Assembly (NCBI GenBank): GCA_963805555.1
Contig: CAWDUY010000018.1
Coordinates: forward strand, 213,364 to 277,363
Reading direction: 5' to 3'
Length of the DNA: 64,000 nucleotides
Source of the DNA: an uncultured Actinomycetota bacterium
GTDB taxonomy: Bacteria > Actinomycetota > Actinomycetes > Mycobacteriales > Nakamurellaceae
The position numbers were made by a program, and so were the translations under genes. Under the pieces are notes generated by a model that saw only the letters and a program-made list of their open reading frames with translations, was not told where the DNA came from and made no database searches. Positions 44,739 to 54,585 of the stretch are shown here, in pieces; position 1 is the stretch's first letter; every line of letters starts with the position of its first letter.

Positions 44739-45449
44739 CTAACCGACGGTCGCCGGAACCCGGAGCACGACCCCGATCGGCAGCACCCCGCCCTGCATAT
44801 CGTTGAGCTGCCTGATCTCTTCGATGACATCCCGCGGGTCGCGATCGGGAGCAGCCTGCGCGGCAATCGACCAGAGGGTGTCACCGGGGGCGACCGTTAC
44901 ATCGACCATCGTCTGCTGGGCGGGCCCGCTGGCCAGCGACACGACGACGACCACGATCGCCGCGAGTGCGGTGACGGTCAGCGCCAAGCGTGCCCAGCGG
45001 CCGAGCCGGTAGCCCTCGGCCGTGAACTCAGGCGCTGCGGACCGCGTCGCTGTCGGGTCAACGGCGGGCGGCGGGAAGACGGCCGACCCGATGCCCTCCG
45101 GACCATCCAACCGACCAGGTGAACGACTGCCGGCACCGTGCCGACCCGGCGCGTCCACGATGACAGCCGCGGACCGCAGGTTCTCCGTCCGCACGCGTCG
45201 CAGGTGCCGCACGCGGCGCGTGCGCCGGACGGACCTACCCCTGGTTCTTCCCTCTCGCCCGGTGTCGGCGCGTCGTTCGGCCGCTTCCCGGGTGGCGGTG
45301 GCATCCTGCTGGGCGACGGACAAACCGATCGGCGAACTACCAGCCGAGTCCTTGTCCGTCGCCGGCTCGGCGATCCACCCCGTGGCGTCTATCGACTCCG
45401 CGTGCCATTCCCGACCGTCGAACAGTCCCGCTATTGCCTGCGTGCGCAT
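44739..45449 (-). CDS. LysM-domain membrane protein, ChiZ (Rv2719c)-like
   Basis: Arg-rich disordered N-terminus, TM segment LALTVTALAAIVVVVVSLA, and C-terminal LysM VTVAPGDTLWSIAAQAAP...IRQLNDMQGGVLPIGVVLRVP. Divergent from lexA, as in mycobacteria. The ORF could extend to TTG at 45500. Confidence 0.75.
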   Translation of the reverse strand: MRTQAIAGLFDGREWHAESIDATGWIAEPATDKDSAGSSPIGLSVAQQDATATREAAERRADTGREGRTRGRSVRRTRRVRHLRRVRTENLRSAAVIVDAPGRHGAGSRSPGRLDGPEGIGSAVFPPPAVDPTATRSAAPEFTAEGYRLGRWARLALTVTALAAIVVVVVSLASGPAQQTMVDVTVAPGDTLWSIAAQAAPDRDPRDVIEEIRQLNDMQGGVLPIGVVLRVPATVG

Positions 45450-45535
45450 CGCTGACCTTGACCAATCTGACCGGCTGGGCCGGACCTCGTGGCGGTTCAA
45501 CGCCCGATCTCGCGGCCTCCGAGGTGACCGACGAG

Positions 45536-45551
45536 TCGAACGCGCGTTCTA
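45536..45551. promoter_or_regulatory. SOS box 1 in the chiZ-like/lexA divergent region
   Basis: TCGAAC-GCGC-GTTCTA, one mismatch to the palindromic consensus. Confidence 0.7.
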
Positions 45552-45614
45552 ACGAACGCCTGAACGCTTTCTACACCGAGGCACCGACAGTGGGAAGATC
45601 TATCGGCGTGTCAA

Positions 45615-45630
45615 TCGAACGCCTGTTTGA
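45615..45630. promoter_or_regulatory. SOS box 2 upstream of lexA
   Basis: TCGAAC-GCCT-GTTTGA, one mismatch, about 105 nt upstream of the lexA GTG. Confidence 0.7.
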
Positions 45631-45734
45631 ATTGTGACCTTGACGAACCTAAGCTGTCAGTCAGGTCGGGTGAGACCTGAGCCGCTCGGGGCTCACGTCG
45701 CCGCCGGCCGTGATGAACATCTGGGAGGCACAAC

Positions 45735-46547
45735 GTGGTTACCGACCACACACGACATGGCCACAGCGACGACGAACCCGACGGCCCCGTCGACGGGATC
45801 AGCATCGATCCGTCCGTCGCGGGCACGGTCGCCGATCCGGTGGTGCCGGACCCGGTGGTGCTCGACGCAGAGGCGCTCGACCTGGGTGGTGACGTCGTCG
45901 ATTTCCCCGATGCGGAGCCCGCAGTCGGCAGGGTGCTGACGATGCGCCAGCACAAGATACTGCAGGTCATCCGTGATTCGGTGGAGCGGCGCGGCTATCC
46001 GCCGAGCGTCCGGGAGATCGGAGCCGCGGCCGGGCTGAAGTCGCCGTCATCGGTGGCGCACCAGCTGAAGGTGTTGGAAAAGCGCGGGCTCTTGCGCCGC
46101 GACCCGAATCGCCCGCGCGCGGTCGACATCAGACCGATGGAAGACATTGTCGACGAGTCACCGCAACAGCCGGCGCCGACGTACGTCCCGGTCGTCGGCA
46201 GGATCGCAGCAGGTGGTCCGATCCTGGCGGAGCAGGCAGTTGAGGATTACTTCCCGCTACCGAAGGACCTGGTCGGCGAGGGGACGCTCTTCCTGCTCAA
46301 AGTGGTCGGCGATTCGATGGTGGACGCCGCGATCACCGACGGGGATTGGGTGGTCGTTCGCCAGCAGCCGGTAGCCGAGAACGGTGACATCGTCGCGGCG
46401 ATGATCGACGGCGAGGCGACGGTCAAGACGTTCCGTCGCAAGGACGGCCATGTGCTCCTCATGCCGCACAATGCGGCCTACCAGCCGATCCCGGGCGATG
46501 ACGCCGTCATTCTCGGTCGCGTCGTGACGGTTCTGCGCAAGCTCTGA
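45735..46547 (+). CDS. lexA: transcriptional repressor LexA
   Basis: w[49 protein letters not shown]. Cleavage site [13 protein letters not shown]. Ser/Lys dyad GDSM ... VKTF. RBS GGGAGG lies 6 nt before the GTG at 45735. The N-terminal extension is acidic. Confidence 0.93.
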   Translation: MVTDHTRHGHSDDEPDGPVDGISIDPSVAGTVADPVVPDPVVLDAEALDLGGDVVDFPDAEPAVGRVLTMRQHKILQVIRDSVERRGYPPSVREIGAAAGLKSPSSVAHQLKVLEKRGLLRRDPNRPRAVDIRPMEDIVDESPQQPAPTYVPVVGRIAAGGPILAEQAVEDYFPLPKDLVGEGTLFLLKVVGDSMVDAAITDGDWVVVRQQPVAENGDIVAAMIDGEATVKTFRRKDGHVLLMPHNAAYQPIPGDDAVILGRVVTVLRKL

Positions 46548-46557
46548 GGAACACGGC

Positions 46558-46588
46558 GAAGGCCCCGACGCAGCGCGCCGGGGCCTTC
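46558..46588 (+). terminator. stem-loop after lexA (10-bp GC-rich stem, no clear U-tract)
   Basis: gaaggccccg-acgcagcgcgc-cggggccttc, starting 11 nt after the lexA stop. Confidence 0.55.
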
Positions 46589-46681
46589 GGTGGTGCGATG
46601 AACTTCGATGCTGCGATCAACGTCGACGGTGCGATGAGCGGTCAACCGAGCCGTCGTTGCGGCGGCGGGGGTTAGGCCGGG

Positions 46682-47026
46682 TTAGGCCCGACGTTCTTCG
46701 ACCGGAACAGCCGTCTGGACGGGCTGCTGCACGACTGTCGGGACGGGTTGTTGCACGACGGGCGGGATTGGCTGCTGAGCGACGACCGGGGCCACCGGTG
46801 TTCCGGTGATCTGCGCCGTTGGCGTCGCCAGCGACGCGGTTGCGTCGGTCTCGCTGGGCGCTTTCTTGGCCTTCTCGTCGTCGTCCTGCATCGCACTGAC
46901 CTCAGACTTGAGGATTCGCAGCGACCGACCCACCCCGCGTGCCGCGTCCGGCAGCTTCTTCGCCCCAAAAATGATGATGAATGCACCCGCGATGATCAGC
47001 CAGTGCCACCAAGACAAACCGCCCAT
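46682..47026 (-). CDS. tatA: twin-arginine translocase TatA/TatE-family subunit
   Basis: MGGLSWWHWLIIAGAFIIIFGAKKLPDAARGVGRSLRILKSEV. RBS GAGGAGG precedes the ATG at 47026. Confidence 0.88.
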   Translation of the reverse strand: MGGLSWWHWLIIAGAFIIIFGAKKLPDAARGVGRSLRILKSEVSAMQDDDEKAKKAPSETDATASLATPTAQITGTPVAPVVAQQPIPPVVQQPVPTVVQQPVQTAVPVEERRA

Positions 47027-47263
47027 GCCGCGCCTCCTCAACCTGACGGTCCCTCGCCCAGGCGGGGTTCCGTCGTCGGTGCCTTTACCGGTAGTTCGTT
47101 GCCAGGGCGCACAGAGTTGGGTCGAAGTCCTGACTCATCCCGAGCCCCTCCCGCAAGGTTACCTGGGACACAGACGCCGGACACCGCCTTCTTGCCCGGA
47201 TCCGGGCAAAGCCACCTCCCCAATTTGTGGGGGCTACCCGCCCGACGAGCCCAGTTGGGGCGG

Positions 47264-49825
47264 CTACCGCGGGCCCCAGGCAACTCCTGCCTCGTCCCCA
47301 CTGCCGTCCGGGGGTGTCAATAGGCGCTGATTGGAACCGTCACGGTTCATCACCCACACATGCGGCGTCCCCAGTGCTTCGGTGTCGGTCCGATCGCTCT
47401 TGAAGGCGATCTGGGTGCCGTCCGGCGAGAAGTTCGGGTTCTGATCGTGACCCGGATGATCCGTCAGCCGGCGGAGATCGGTCCCGTCCGTCTTGATCGC
47501 GAAGATGTCGACGTTGTCGACTCCACCCTCGGACATCGCCAGCGCGAACACCACCTCCTGGCCATCCGGTGAGAACATCGGGTCGGTGGCGGAGCCCCCC
47601 GTCTCTCCGTTCAGCTTGACCGCCGGACCACTACCGTCATCCGGCATCAGATAGATGACGCCACCACCGCCGCCGGCGTCTTTGCCCCAAAAAGCCAGCG
47701 TCCGTCCGTCCGGTGCGTAGGCGACGTCGTCGAAGAGTTGCATGCCCGGGTCCAGCACCCGCAGCACCTGGCCGTCGAGCCGGACGATCTGCAGGTTCGA
47801 CTTGCCGGCGGCATCCACGCACTGGATCGCGAGCAGGTCAGAGTGAATCGGGTTCCAGGCGGGCCGGTTGGGGGTGACGCAGCCGTCCGGCGGGGTGGCG
47901 AACAGCGGCCGGATCCCGGTTCCGTCGGCGGCCATCACCCGTAGCTCGGTGGTCTCGCCCTCGATGTGTCGGTACACAACGCTGCTGCGGTCGGGCGACA
48001 GGATCGGTCCGCTGTCCTGTGCCGGGTCCGTGGTGAGCGGCTTCAGCACGGCGCCGGCGGCGGCGTCGACGAGATACAGATCGATGTTGCCCTTGAGTGA
48101 CCTCGGGGCGATCAGTTGATTGGCCGGCAGCGGAGCCGAGCTCGGCGGGACGAATTCCGCAGCCAGAGCGGGCAATGTCGTCGCCGCCGGACTGGATTCG
48201 ACGGCACTGCTGGGGGTCGGATCGGCTGAACTCGACGGTGCCGTTGCACCACTCGTGGTTGCCGGGGTGGAGCTGTTCACCGAAGGACCCGAGGCGGTGC
48301 CGGCCACCGTTGTGTCCCCGCGCAGCGCTATCACCGCGACGGTCACGGCCACCAGCAGCGCGACAACCCCCGCGGCGATCAGCGCCATCCGCATCCGTCG
48401 CGGGTCGTTCGGCGGGGAGCCTGGAACCGGCACGGACGGCCCGGGCGGTGCTGCCGGCCGGGCCGGCCCCGCCCCCCCCGAACCAACCGTCCTTGCGGTA
48501 CTGACAGTTTCATCGTCGGACACGTCAGGTTGATCGACGAGCGACTCGGCATCTGTCGACGGGCCCGGGGCGGTGGTCGGGACCGGGTAGTCCTGCGGGC
48601 CGGTGGGTCCCGGCTGGGCCGCCGGCTCCGGTTCTCCAAGCGGCTCGGGTGTGGTGGTGGGAACCAGCGCCCGCGCTGCCACCCCGACCCCGGCCGATGC
48701 AGCAGCTGCCGAGGTCACGGCAGATGCCCGGCGGCGACTGGGGGCCGTCAGGACGATTCCCGCGTCCTGCAAGGCGCCGGCCCGGGCGGCGCCCATGGCC
48801 ACGTCGTTCTTGGGATGGGTGTCAACGGCGATCGGCCGCCGGAACTCGCTGCCGAGCATCTCGGCGACCAGCGGAATTCGGGACGACCCGCCGACCAGCA
48901 CGATCGCCGTGAGTTGCGCCGCCTCGGTGTCGGCCGATCGCAGGGCTCGCCGCGTCGCGCCAACGGTGTCTTCCAGCGCCGGCCTGATGATGTCCTCGAA
49001 CTCACTTCGGGTGAGCCTGACCGACGTTCGCGCACCCGCCAGACCGACCGGGATGACGGCGTCGACGTCGGTCGACAGCGCCTCCTTGGCCTCCACACAG
49101 TCCCTGCGGAGCCGGGCGAGGGCGGGCATCTGGGTGGCGTCATCGATCGCCGCTTCGATGACGTCCGGCGGTAACTGGCCGATGACCCGCTGGAAGATCG
49201 CCTCGTCGAAGTCGATGCCGCCGAGGTGTTCGATGCCCTCCGGGCGACCCGGGACCTGAAACCCGGTTTCGGTCTTTTCCAGGACGCAGACGTCAAAGGT
49301 GCCGCCACCGAGGTCGTAGACCGCGATCCGGTCGCCGACGTTCACCTTGGATCTGGACGCGTATTGCAGCGCGGCGGCCTCGGGCTCTGAGCAGGCGCGG
49401 ACCGAGTCGACGTCGGCCAGCATGGCCACCTGGCGCAGCAGGTCGATCTTGAAGTGACCCCAGTTCGCCGGGTAGGTCAGGGTGATGTCGACGGGCCGTT
49501 CGCCCATCTGTTCGGCGGACTTGTCGACCACCCACCGCAACAACCGGCCGCTGAGCGCCTGCGCCGAGAACGGCCGCCCGGCCACCAGGATCGGTACCGG
49601 ATCACCGATCCGCCGCTTGAATTCCCGGACGGTGCGACTGGGGTCCGAGCCGCTGCGGTGTTCGGCTGCCTCCCCGACCAGCACGCCGCCGTCGGGCAAG
49701 AAGTACAGCACCGACGGGATCTGCAACGACCGATTGCCCAGGCCGATCATCGTCGGCGGGCCGTCACTCATCGCCGCGGCGGCACTGAAAGTCGTCCCTA
49801 GATCGACCCCCAGGTGGTACCCCAT
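47264..49825 (-). CDS. Hsp70-family ATPase domain - TM - Ser/Thr/Pro linker - TolB-like (PD40) beta-propeller fusion protein
   Basis: N-terminus has GVDLGTTFSAAA, VYDLGGGTFDV and VLVGGSSRIP (an actin-like NBD; no Hsp70 substrate-binding domain is evident). TM segment MALIAAGVVALLVAVTVAVIAL. The C-terminus has repeated FSPDGQEVVFA / YAPDGRTLAF / FSPDGTQIAFKSDR blades. RBS ggagg precedes the ATG at 49825. Confidence 0.8.
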   Translation of the reverse strand: MGYHLGVDLGTTFSAAAAMSDGPPTMIGLGNRSLQIPSVLYFLPDGGVLVGEAAEHRSGSDPSRTVREFKRRIGDPVPILVAGRPFSAQALSGRLLRWVVDKSAEQMGERPVDITLTYPANWGHFKIDLLRQVAMLADVDSVRACSEPEAAALQYASRSKVNVGDRIAVYDLGGGTFDVCVLEKTETGFQVPGRPEGIEHLGGIDFDEAIFQRVIGQLPPDVIEAAIDDATQMPALARLRRDCVEAKEALSTDVDAVIPVGLAGARTSVRLTRSEFEDIIRPALEDTVGATRRALRSADTEAAQLTAIVLVGGSSRIPLVAEMLGSEFRRPIAVDTHPKNDVAMGAARAGALQDAGIVLTAPSRRRASAVTSAAAASAGVGVAARALVPTTTPEPLGEPEPAAQPGPTGPQDYPVPTTAPGPSTDAESLVDQPDVSDDETVSTARTVGSGGAGPARPAAPPGPSVPVPGSPPNDPRRMRMALIAAGVVALLVAVTVAVIALRGDTTVAGTASGPSVNSSTPATTSGATAPSSSADPTPSSAVESSPAATTLPALAAEFVPPSSAPLPANQLIAPRSLKGNIDLYLVDAAAGAVLKPLTTDPAQDSGPILSPDRSSVVYRHIEGETTELRVMAADGTGIRPLFATPPDGCVTPNRPAWNPIHSDLLAIQCVDAAGKSNLQIVRLDGQVLRVLDPGMQLFDDVAYAPDGRTLAFWGKDAGGGGGVIYLMPDDGSGPAVKLNGETGGSATDPMFSPDGQEVVFALAMSEGGVDNVDIFAIKTDGTDLRRLTDHPGHDQNPNFSPDGTQIAFKSDRTDTEALGTPHVWVMNRDGSNQRLLTPPDGSGDEAGVAWGPR

Positions 49826-50060
49826 GACGCCTCCGCAAGCTGCTTGTCGGCAATGATCCCAGGTGCAGGACGCATCAGCATCCAGCGCTGATCCATGTCG
49901 GGCTGACAAGCAGGGTAAGTCGTTGCCGGTGCGCTGGTCGGTAGCGGGCGGGCGAAGGGCCCGCCCGCCCGGTTCGTTGCACCCGACGACGTGGCCCGCA
50001 GGTCAGCACGGCCAGCCTGCACAGCCGGCGGTATGGCCCCAGGAGTCCGGCCGACCGGCG

Positions 50061-51701
50061 CTATCCGACCGCTGCGAACGGTGCCAACACCCCGGCCAGG
50101 TCGGGGTAGACCCTGGCGTGCAGCCGGGTGCCGTCCGCGGTGTGCTGTTCGTCCAGCACGGTGCCTTCGGAATGCACCCGGGAGACGAGGGCGCCCTCGG
50201 TGAAGGGCATCAGCACCCGCACCGCGACGGCCGGATCGGGTAGCGCGCCGGCCACCACGAGCCGCAGCTCGTCGATGCCCTCACCCGTCCGGGCGGAGAC
50301 GAAGATCGCTCCCGGCAACGCGTGTCGCAACCTGGCCAGCGTGATCGGGTCGGCGGCGTCGATCTTGTTGACCACGATGATTTCCCGGACGGTCAGGGCG
50401 TCGATCTCGCTGAGCACCTCACGGACCGCGGACACTTGATCCTCCGGGTGTTCGTCCGATCCGTCGACGACATGCAGCAGCAGGTCGGCGTCGGCGATCT
50501 CCTCCAACGTCGATCGGAACGATTCCACCAACTGGTGGGGCAGGTGCCGGACGAACCCGACGGTGTCGGTCAGGGTGAAGACCCGCCCGTCCGTGGTGCG
50601 GGACCGGCGGGTGGTCGGGTCGAGGGTGGCGAACAGCGCGTCCTCGACGAGCACCCCGGCGTCCGTCAGCCGATTCAGCAGGGACGACTTACCGGCGTTG
50701 GTGTACCCGGCGATCAGCACGGCCGGCACCGCGTTGGCCCGGCGCTGGGAGCGCTTGGTGTCCCGGACCCGGCGCATCCCGGTCAGCTCGTGCTTGAGCT
50801 GCGCGATGCGCTTGTGGATCCGGCGACGGTCGATCTCCAGCTTGGTCTCACCGGGACCGCGGGAGCCGATACCGGCGCCGGCGGCGACCCGGCCACCACG
50901 CTGCCGGGACAGCGCCGCACCCCAGCCGCGGAGCCGGGGAACCAGGTAGTTCAGCTGCGCGAGCTCGACCTGCGCCTTGCCCTCCTTGGACCGCGCGTGC
51001 TGCGCGAAGATGTCCAGGATCAGCGCGGTCCGGTCGACGACCTTGACCCGCAGCCGCTCTTCCAGGTTGCGCAGCTGGCTGGGGGTCAGCTCACCGTCAC
51101 AGATGACGGTGTCCGCGCCGGTGGCCTCGACGATGCCGATCAGCTCCTGGACCTTGCCGGAACCGATGTACGTCGCGCCGTCGGGGTGGCTGCGGCGCTG
51201 CACGAGCGCGTCGAGGACGATCGAACCGGCTGTTTCGGCGAGCCGGGCCAGCTCGGCCATCGACGCCTCCGCATCGGCGGCGGTGCCGCCGGCCCAGACG
51301 CCGACCAGCACGACCTGTTCGAGCTGCAGCTTGCGGTACTCGACCTCGGTGACGTCGGTGAGTTCGGTGGACAGCCCGGCGACGCGGCGGAGCGCCGCAC
51401 GATCGGCGAGATCACGGTCGCCCTGGGTGTTGGAGTCTGCATCGAATTCGAAGTCGCGGCGGGCATCGAAATCGCCCGCGGAGGTGAATCCGGTCGGTGG
51501 GGTGAAATCGCCGACGGGCCCACCCGGCGCACCGCTGTCCACGTCGCCGGCTGCGTCGCTGACGTCGCGAAGGGGAGTTGTGCGCACGCGGTGGCCCTCG
51601 GTTTCGTTCTGGGGAGAGGTGGAATCGGTGAATCTCTCAGCACCGGTGATGGGGTCCGTGGTGTCGGACCCGGGGGCTGGGGACAGGAGGTGATCAGTCA
51701 T
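50061..51701 (-). CDS. hflX: GTPase HflX
   Basis: G1 [15 protein letters not shown]3 DTVGF and G4 VNKID motifs, plus an HflX N-domain. The acidic N-terminal extension makes the start uncertain (ATG 51701 or GTG 51719). Confidence 0.88.
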   Translation of the reverse strand: MTDHLLSPAPGSDTTDPITGAERFTDSTSPQNETEGHRVRTTPLRDVSDAAGDVDSGAPGGPVGDFTPPTGFTSAGDFDARRDFEFDADSNTQGDRDLADRAALRRVAGLSTELTDVTEVEYRKLQLEQVVLVGVWAGGTAADAEASMAELARLAETAGSIVLDALVQRRSHPDGATYIGSGKVQELIGIVEATGADTVICDGELTPSQLRNLEERLRVKVVDRTALILDIFAQHARSKEGKAQVELAQLNYLVPRLRGWGAALSRQRGGRVAAGAGIGSRGPGETKLEIDRRRIHKRIAQLKHELTGMRRVRDTKRSQRRANAVPAVLIAGYTNAGKSSLLNRLTDAGVLVEDALFATLDPTTRRSRTTDGRVFTLTDTVGFVRHLPHQLVESFRSTLEEIADADLLLHVVDGSDEHPEDQVSAVREVLSEIDALTVREIIVVNKIDAADPITLARLRHALPGAIFVSARTGEGIDELRLVVAGALPDPAVAVRVLMPFTEGALVSRVHSEGTVLDEQHTADGTRLHARVYPDLAGVLAPFAAVG

Positions 51702-51756
51702 ATGCCTCCAGGGTGCCACGGATGGCTACCTTTTTTCTGTTGAGGCCGTTACTGAA

Positions 51757-52608
51757 CTATTGGTGCCGTTCCCAGAAGCCCTGATCGATGGTGCCGGCGG
51801 CCACCACGACCGCCGGGCCGGTCAGGGTGGAATCGTCGTCGGCGATCGTCACGCTGACCGCGCCGCCCGGGACCCCGACGGCGACCGTGCCCGTCGTGCG
51901 CCCGGTCGACGCCAGGTAGGCGGCGGCCACCGCGACGGTGCCGGTGCCGCAGGACCGCGTCTCCCCCACCCCACGTTCGTGCACCCGCATCGCGACCCGA
52001 TCCGGCCCGAGCACCGTCACGAATTCGATGTTGACGCCCTCGGGAAAGACCCCGGCGTCGTAGCCCGGTTGCGTGCAGAGATTCAGCGTCGAGAGCTCGA
52101 CATCGGTCAGGCAGACCAGGTGCGGATTGCCGACATCGACCGCGACACCGGCGATCTCGTGCTCGCCAACCTTCGTGGACGAGCGGCCGCCGAGCTTTGC
52201 CGGGCCCATCTCGACGGTCACATCGCCGGCCACCGGAACGTCCGCGGTACGGATGCCGCCGCGGGTTTCGAATACGACCTGTCCGGCCGGCGCCCACCCG
52301 GCGTCCACCAGATACCGGGCAAACAACCGTGCCCCGTTCCCACACATTTCGGCGAGCGAGCCGTCGGCATTGCGGTAGTCCATGACGAAGCCGGCCGCAC
52401 CGCCGTGGACGGCCGGGGCCACCCGGATGACGCCGTCGGCGCCCAGCCCGGCGTGCCGGTCGCACAGCGCCCGCACCCGTCCGGACGTCACCACCAGCGT
52501 GCCGTCGGGATCGGGCAGTAGCACGAAGTCGTTCTCGGTGCCGTGTCCCTTGACGAATGGCACACCGTCGGCCGCGCGGCTGGCGTCCTCGGCGGCGGTC
52601 GCGTTCAC
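51757..52608 (-). CDS. dapF: diaminopimelate epimerase
   Basis: FVKGHGTENDFVLL, catalytic Cys motifs MCGNGAR and SCGTGTVA. Only the C-terminal part of the 518-aa track ORF is the gene. The GTG start is at 52608 or 52617. Confidence 0.88.
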   Translation of the reverse strand: MNATAAEDASRAADGVPFVKGHGTENDFVLLPDPDGTLVVTSGRVRALCDRHAGLGADGVIRVAPAVHGGAAGFVMDYRNADGSLAEMCGNGARLFARYLVDAGWAPAGQVVFETRGGIRTADVPVAGDVTVEMGPAKLGGRSSTKVGEHEIAGVAVDVGNPHLVCLTDVELSTLNLCTQPGYDAGVFPEGVNIEFVTVLGPDRVAMRVHERGVGETRSCGTGTVAVAAAYLASTGRTTGTVAVGVPGGAVSVTIADDDSTLTGPAVVVAAGTIDQGFWERHQ

Positions 52609-52630
52609 ACCGATCACCTTATGACGCCGA

Positions 52631-53617
52631 TCAGCTGACGACCGCCGCACCCGCGACGGCGGCCAGCGCGCGGCCGACGAGGTCCGGCTCGGTGGCGTCC
52701 AGGTCGACCATCCGCTCGTCCCGCCGGAACCACGAGCGTTGCCGGCGGACGAAACGCCGGGTGGTGGCCGCGGTGGCCATGATCGCCTGTTCCAGGTCGC
52801 TCTCGCCGTCGAGCACGGCCAGCAGTTGGGCGTAGCCCAACGCCCGGGAGGCGGTGACGCCCCTGCGTAGCCCGGCGTCGTCCAGCCGGCGCACCTCGTC
52901 CAGAAAACCGGCGGCCACCATGGCCCGCACCCGGTCCTCCAGGCGTTGGTCGAGCTGGTCGGTCGGCCGGTCCAGCCGCAGCAGCACGGCGCCGTACCGC
53001 GGCACGCCGCGGCGCGGCATGGTGGCGGTGAACGGCCGACCGGTGATCGCGATGACCTCCAGCGCCCGGACGATCTTGCGGCCGTTGGCCGGTCCGATGG
53101 CCAGTGCGGCGGCCGGGTCCTGCTCGTCCAGCAGGCCGAACATGTAGTCGATGCCCAGCCGGTCCAGATCGCCCTGCAGCCGGGCCCGCACGGCCGGATC
53201 CGTTGCCGGGAAATCGATGTCGTCAACGACGGACTGGATGTACAGACCCGACCCGCCGACCAGGACCGGGGTGCGGCCGCGGGCCAGGATGTCCTCGATG
53301 CAGGTCCTGGCATCCCGCTGGTAGGAGGCGACGGTGGCGATCTCGGAGACGTCGAGCACGTCCAGCAGGTGATGCGGAATCCCCCGCCGCTCGGTCGCCG
53401 GCAGCTTTGCGGTGCCGATGTCCATGCCCCGGTAGAGCTGCATCGAATCGGCGTTGACGATTTCGCCGTCGAACCGCTCGGCGAGGTCGAGTCCGAGTTC
53501 GGACTTGCCGGTGCCGGTGGGGCCGGCGACCACGATCAACCGTCGCGGATGTGGCGATCGCGGCTGCGTAATCACGGGCTCATCGGTGCCGATGCTGTTC
53601 GTCACCCTTGAGCCCAT
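52631..53617 (-). CDS. miaA: tRNA dimethylallyltransferase
   Basis: P-loop VVAGPTGTGKSELGLDLA and NADSMQLYRGMDIGTAK. Confidence 0.9.
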   Translation of the reverse strand: MGSRVTNSIGTDEPVITQPRSPHPRRLIVVAGPTGTGKSELGLDLAERFDGEIVNADSMQLYRGMDIGTAKLPATERRGIPHHLLDVLDVSEIATVASYQRDARTCIEDILARGRTPVLVGGSGLYIQSVVDDIDFPATDPAVRARLQGDLDRLGIDYMFGLLDEQDPAAALAIGPANGRKIVRALEVIAITGRPFTATMPRRGVPRYGAVLLRLDRPTDQLDQRLEDRVRAMVAAGFLDEVRRLDDAGLRRGVTASRALGYAQLLAVLDGESDLEQAIMATAATTRRFVRRQRSWFRRDERMVDLDATEPDLVGRALAAVAGAAVVS

Positions 53618-54471
53618 CGCCAGGACGCCACCAGATACCCGACCCCCAGCGGCGCATCGGAGTAGAGCAGCTCGGCCGTGGCCGGGGGACGCCCCGCGGC
53701 CAGCAACGCCAGCACGGTCAGCGGATCGACCGCGGCCAACAGGGCCCGGGCCAGGTCGGGATCGGCGGCCGCGACGCGCAGGGCATCCGGATCGCCGGCC
53801 GCCAGGGCGTCGGCCAGGCGAGCATCGAACGTCCTCGCGCGGTCATCACGGCGGCCGGGGGCGTCATCGCCGTGACAGGCCGATCCGTCGGCGATGACGA
53901 GCAGTGCGATCCGCTGGGCGGAGTGCACGCGTTGGGCCAGCATCTCGGCGACCGCGGCGGGCTGGCCGGTGATCTCGAACGCCGTCGTTGGCGGCCGCCG
54001 CGCCGGGGAGTTGCCGCGGACCGACGCGCCGGCGTCCTGGGCAGCCAGCAGCGCAGCCCCCACCATGGTCCCGACCGAGAGGGTCGTCACCGACAGGGTC
54101 GCCACCGAAGGGGTCGCCACCGACGGGGTCGCCACCGACGGGGTCGCCACTGCCGGCGCCGAGACGGGTGCAGCACCCTCGCCGCCGGACGCCAGAGACC
54201 GGGCGGGGTACTCGGGGAGGTCACTGCGGCGCACCGGGGTGGTCGAGATGACGGTTCCCGGCGGGAGCTCGCGCCAGGCCGGGCTGTCGGGCCCGTCATC
54301 GGTCGACCCGGTCGCACCCGAGGTGACGAGCAGCACCGCATCGCTATCGGACAACCTCGACACGGCGACCGAGCAGGCATCCACGACCGCCTTCAGCCGG
54401 ACGGCCATGTGCTCCGCCGTGCCTTCGATCAGGAAAGGCGCACCTGGGCACACGGCGGCTCCGACGATCAC
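53602..54471 (-). CDS. hypothetical Ala-rich protein (possibly class III extradiol dioxygenase subunit B-like fold), with ATPSV pentapeptide repeats
   Basis: V/MIVGAAVCPGAPFLIEG... N-terminus. Its position upstream of miaA matches mycobacterial synteny. The function call is weak. Confidence 0.5.
   Translation of the reverse strand: MIVGAAVCPGAPFLIEGTAEHMAVRLKAVVDACSVAVSRLSDSDAVLLVTSGATGSTDDGPDSPAWRELPPGTVISTTPVRRSDLPEYPARSLASGGEGAAPVSAPAVATPSVATPSVATPSVATLSVTTLSVGTMVGAALLAAQDAGASVRGNSPARRPPTTAFEITGQPAAVAEMLAQRVHSAQRIALLVIADGSACHGDDAPGRRDDRARTFDARLADALAAGDPDALRVAAADPDLARALLAAVDPLTVLALLAAGRPPATAELLYSDAPLGVGYLVASWRWAQG
54081..54155 (-). repeat. 15-nt tandem repeat, 5 copies (gggtcgYcaccgaNN), in frame
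   Basis: Read directly from the sequence. It encodes PSVATPSVATPSVATLSVTTLSV. Confidence 0.9.
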
Positions 54472-54585
54472 CCTTGCAGGTTAGGCGAACCCGCGGCTAT
54501 CCCAGGCGACGCCGGCGGGGGCGGGCTCAGCTCGCGCGCGTCCCGCGACGACCAGCACACCCGGCAACCCAACTCGCTGACCTGC

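Noticed and set aside
52609-53313. N-terminal part of the 518-aa ORF 51757-53313
   Set aside because: It is an alternate frame of miaA. Only the C-terminal portion of about 283 aa, with the DapF motifs, is a gene.
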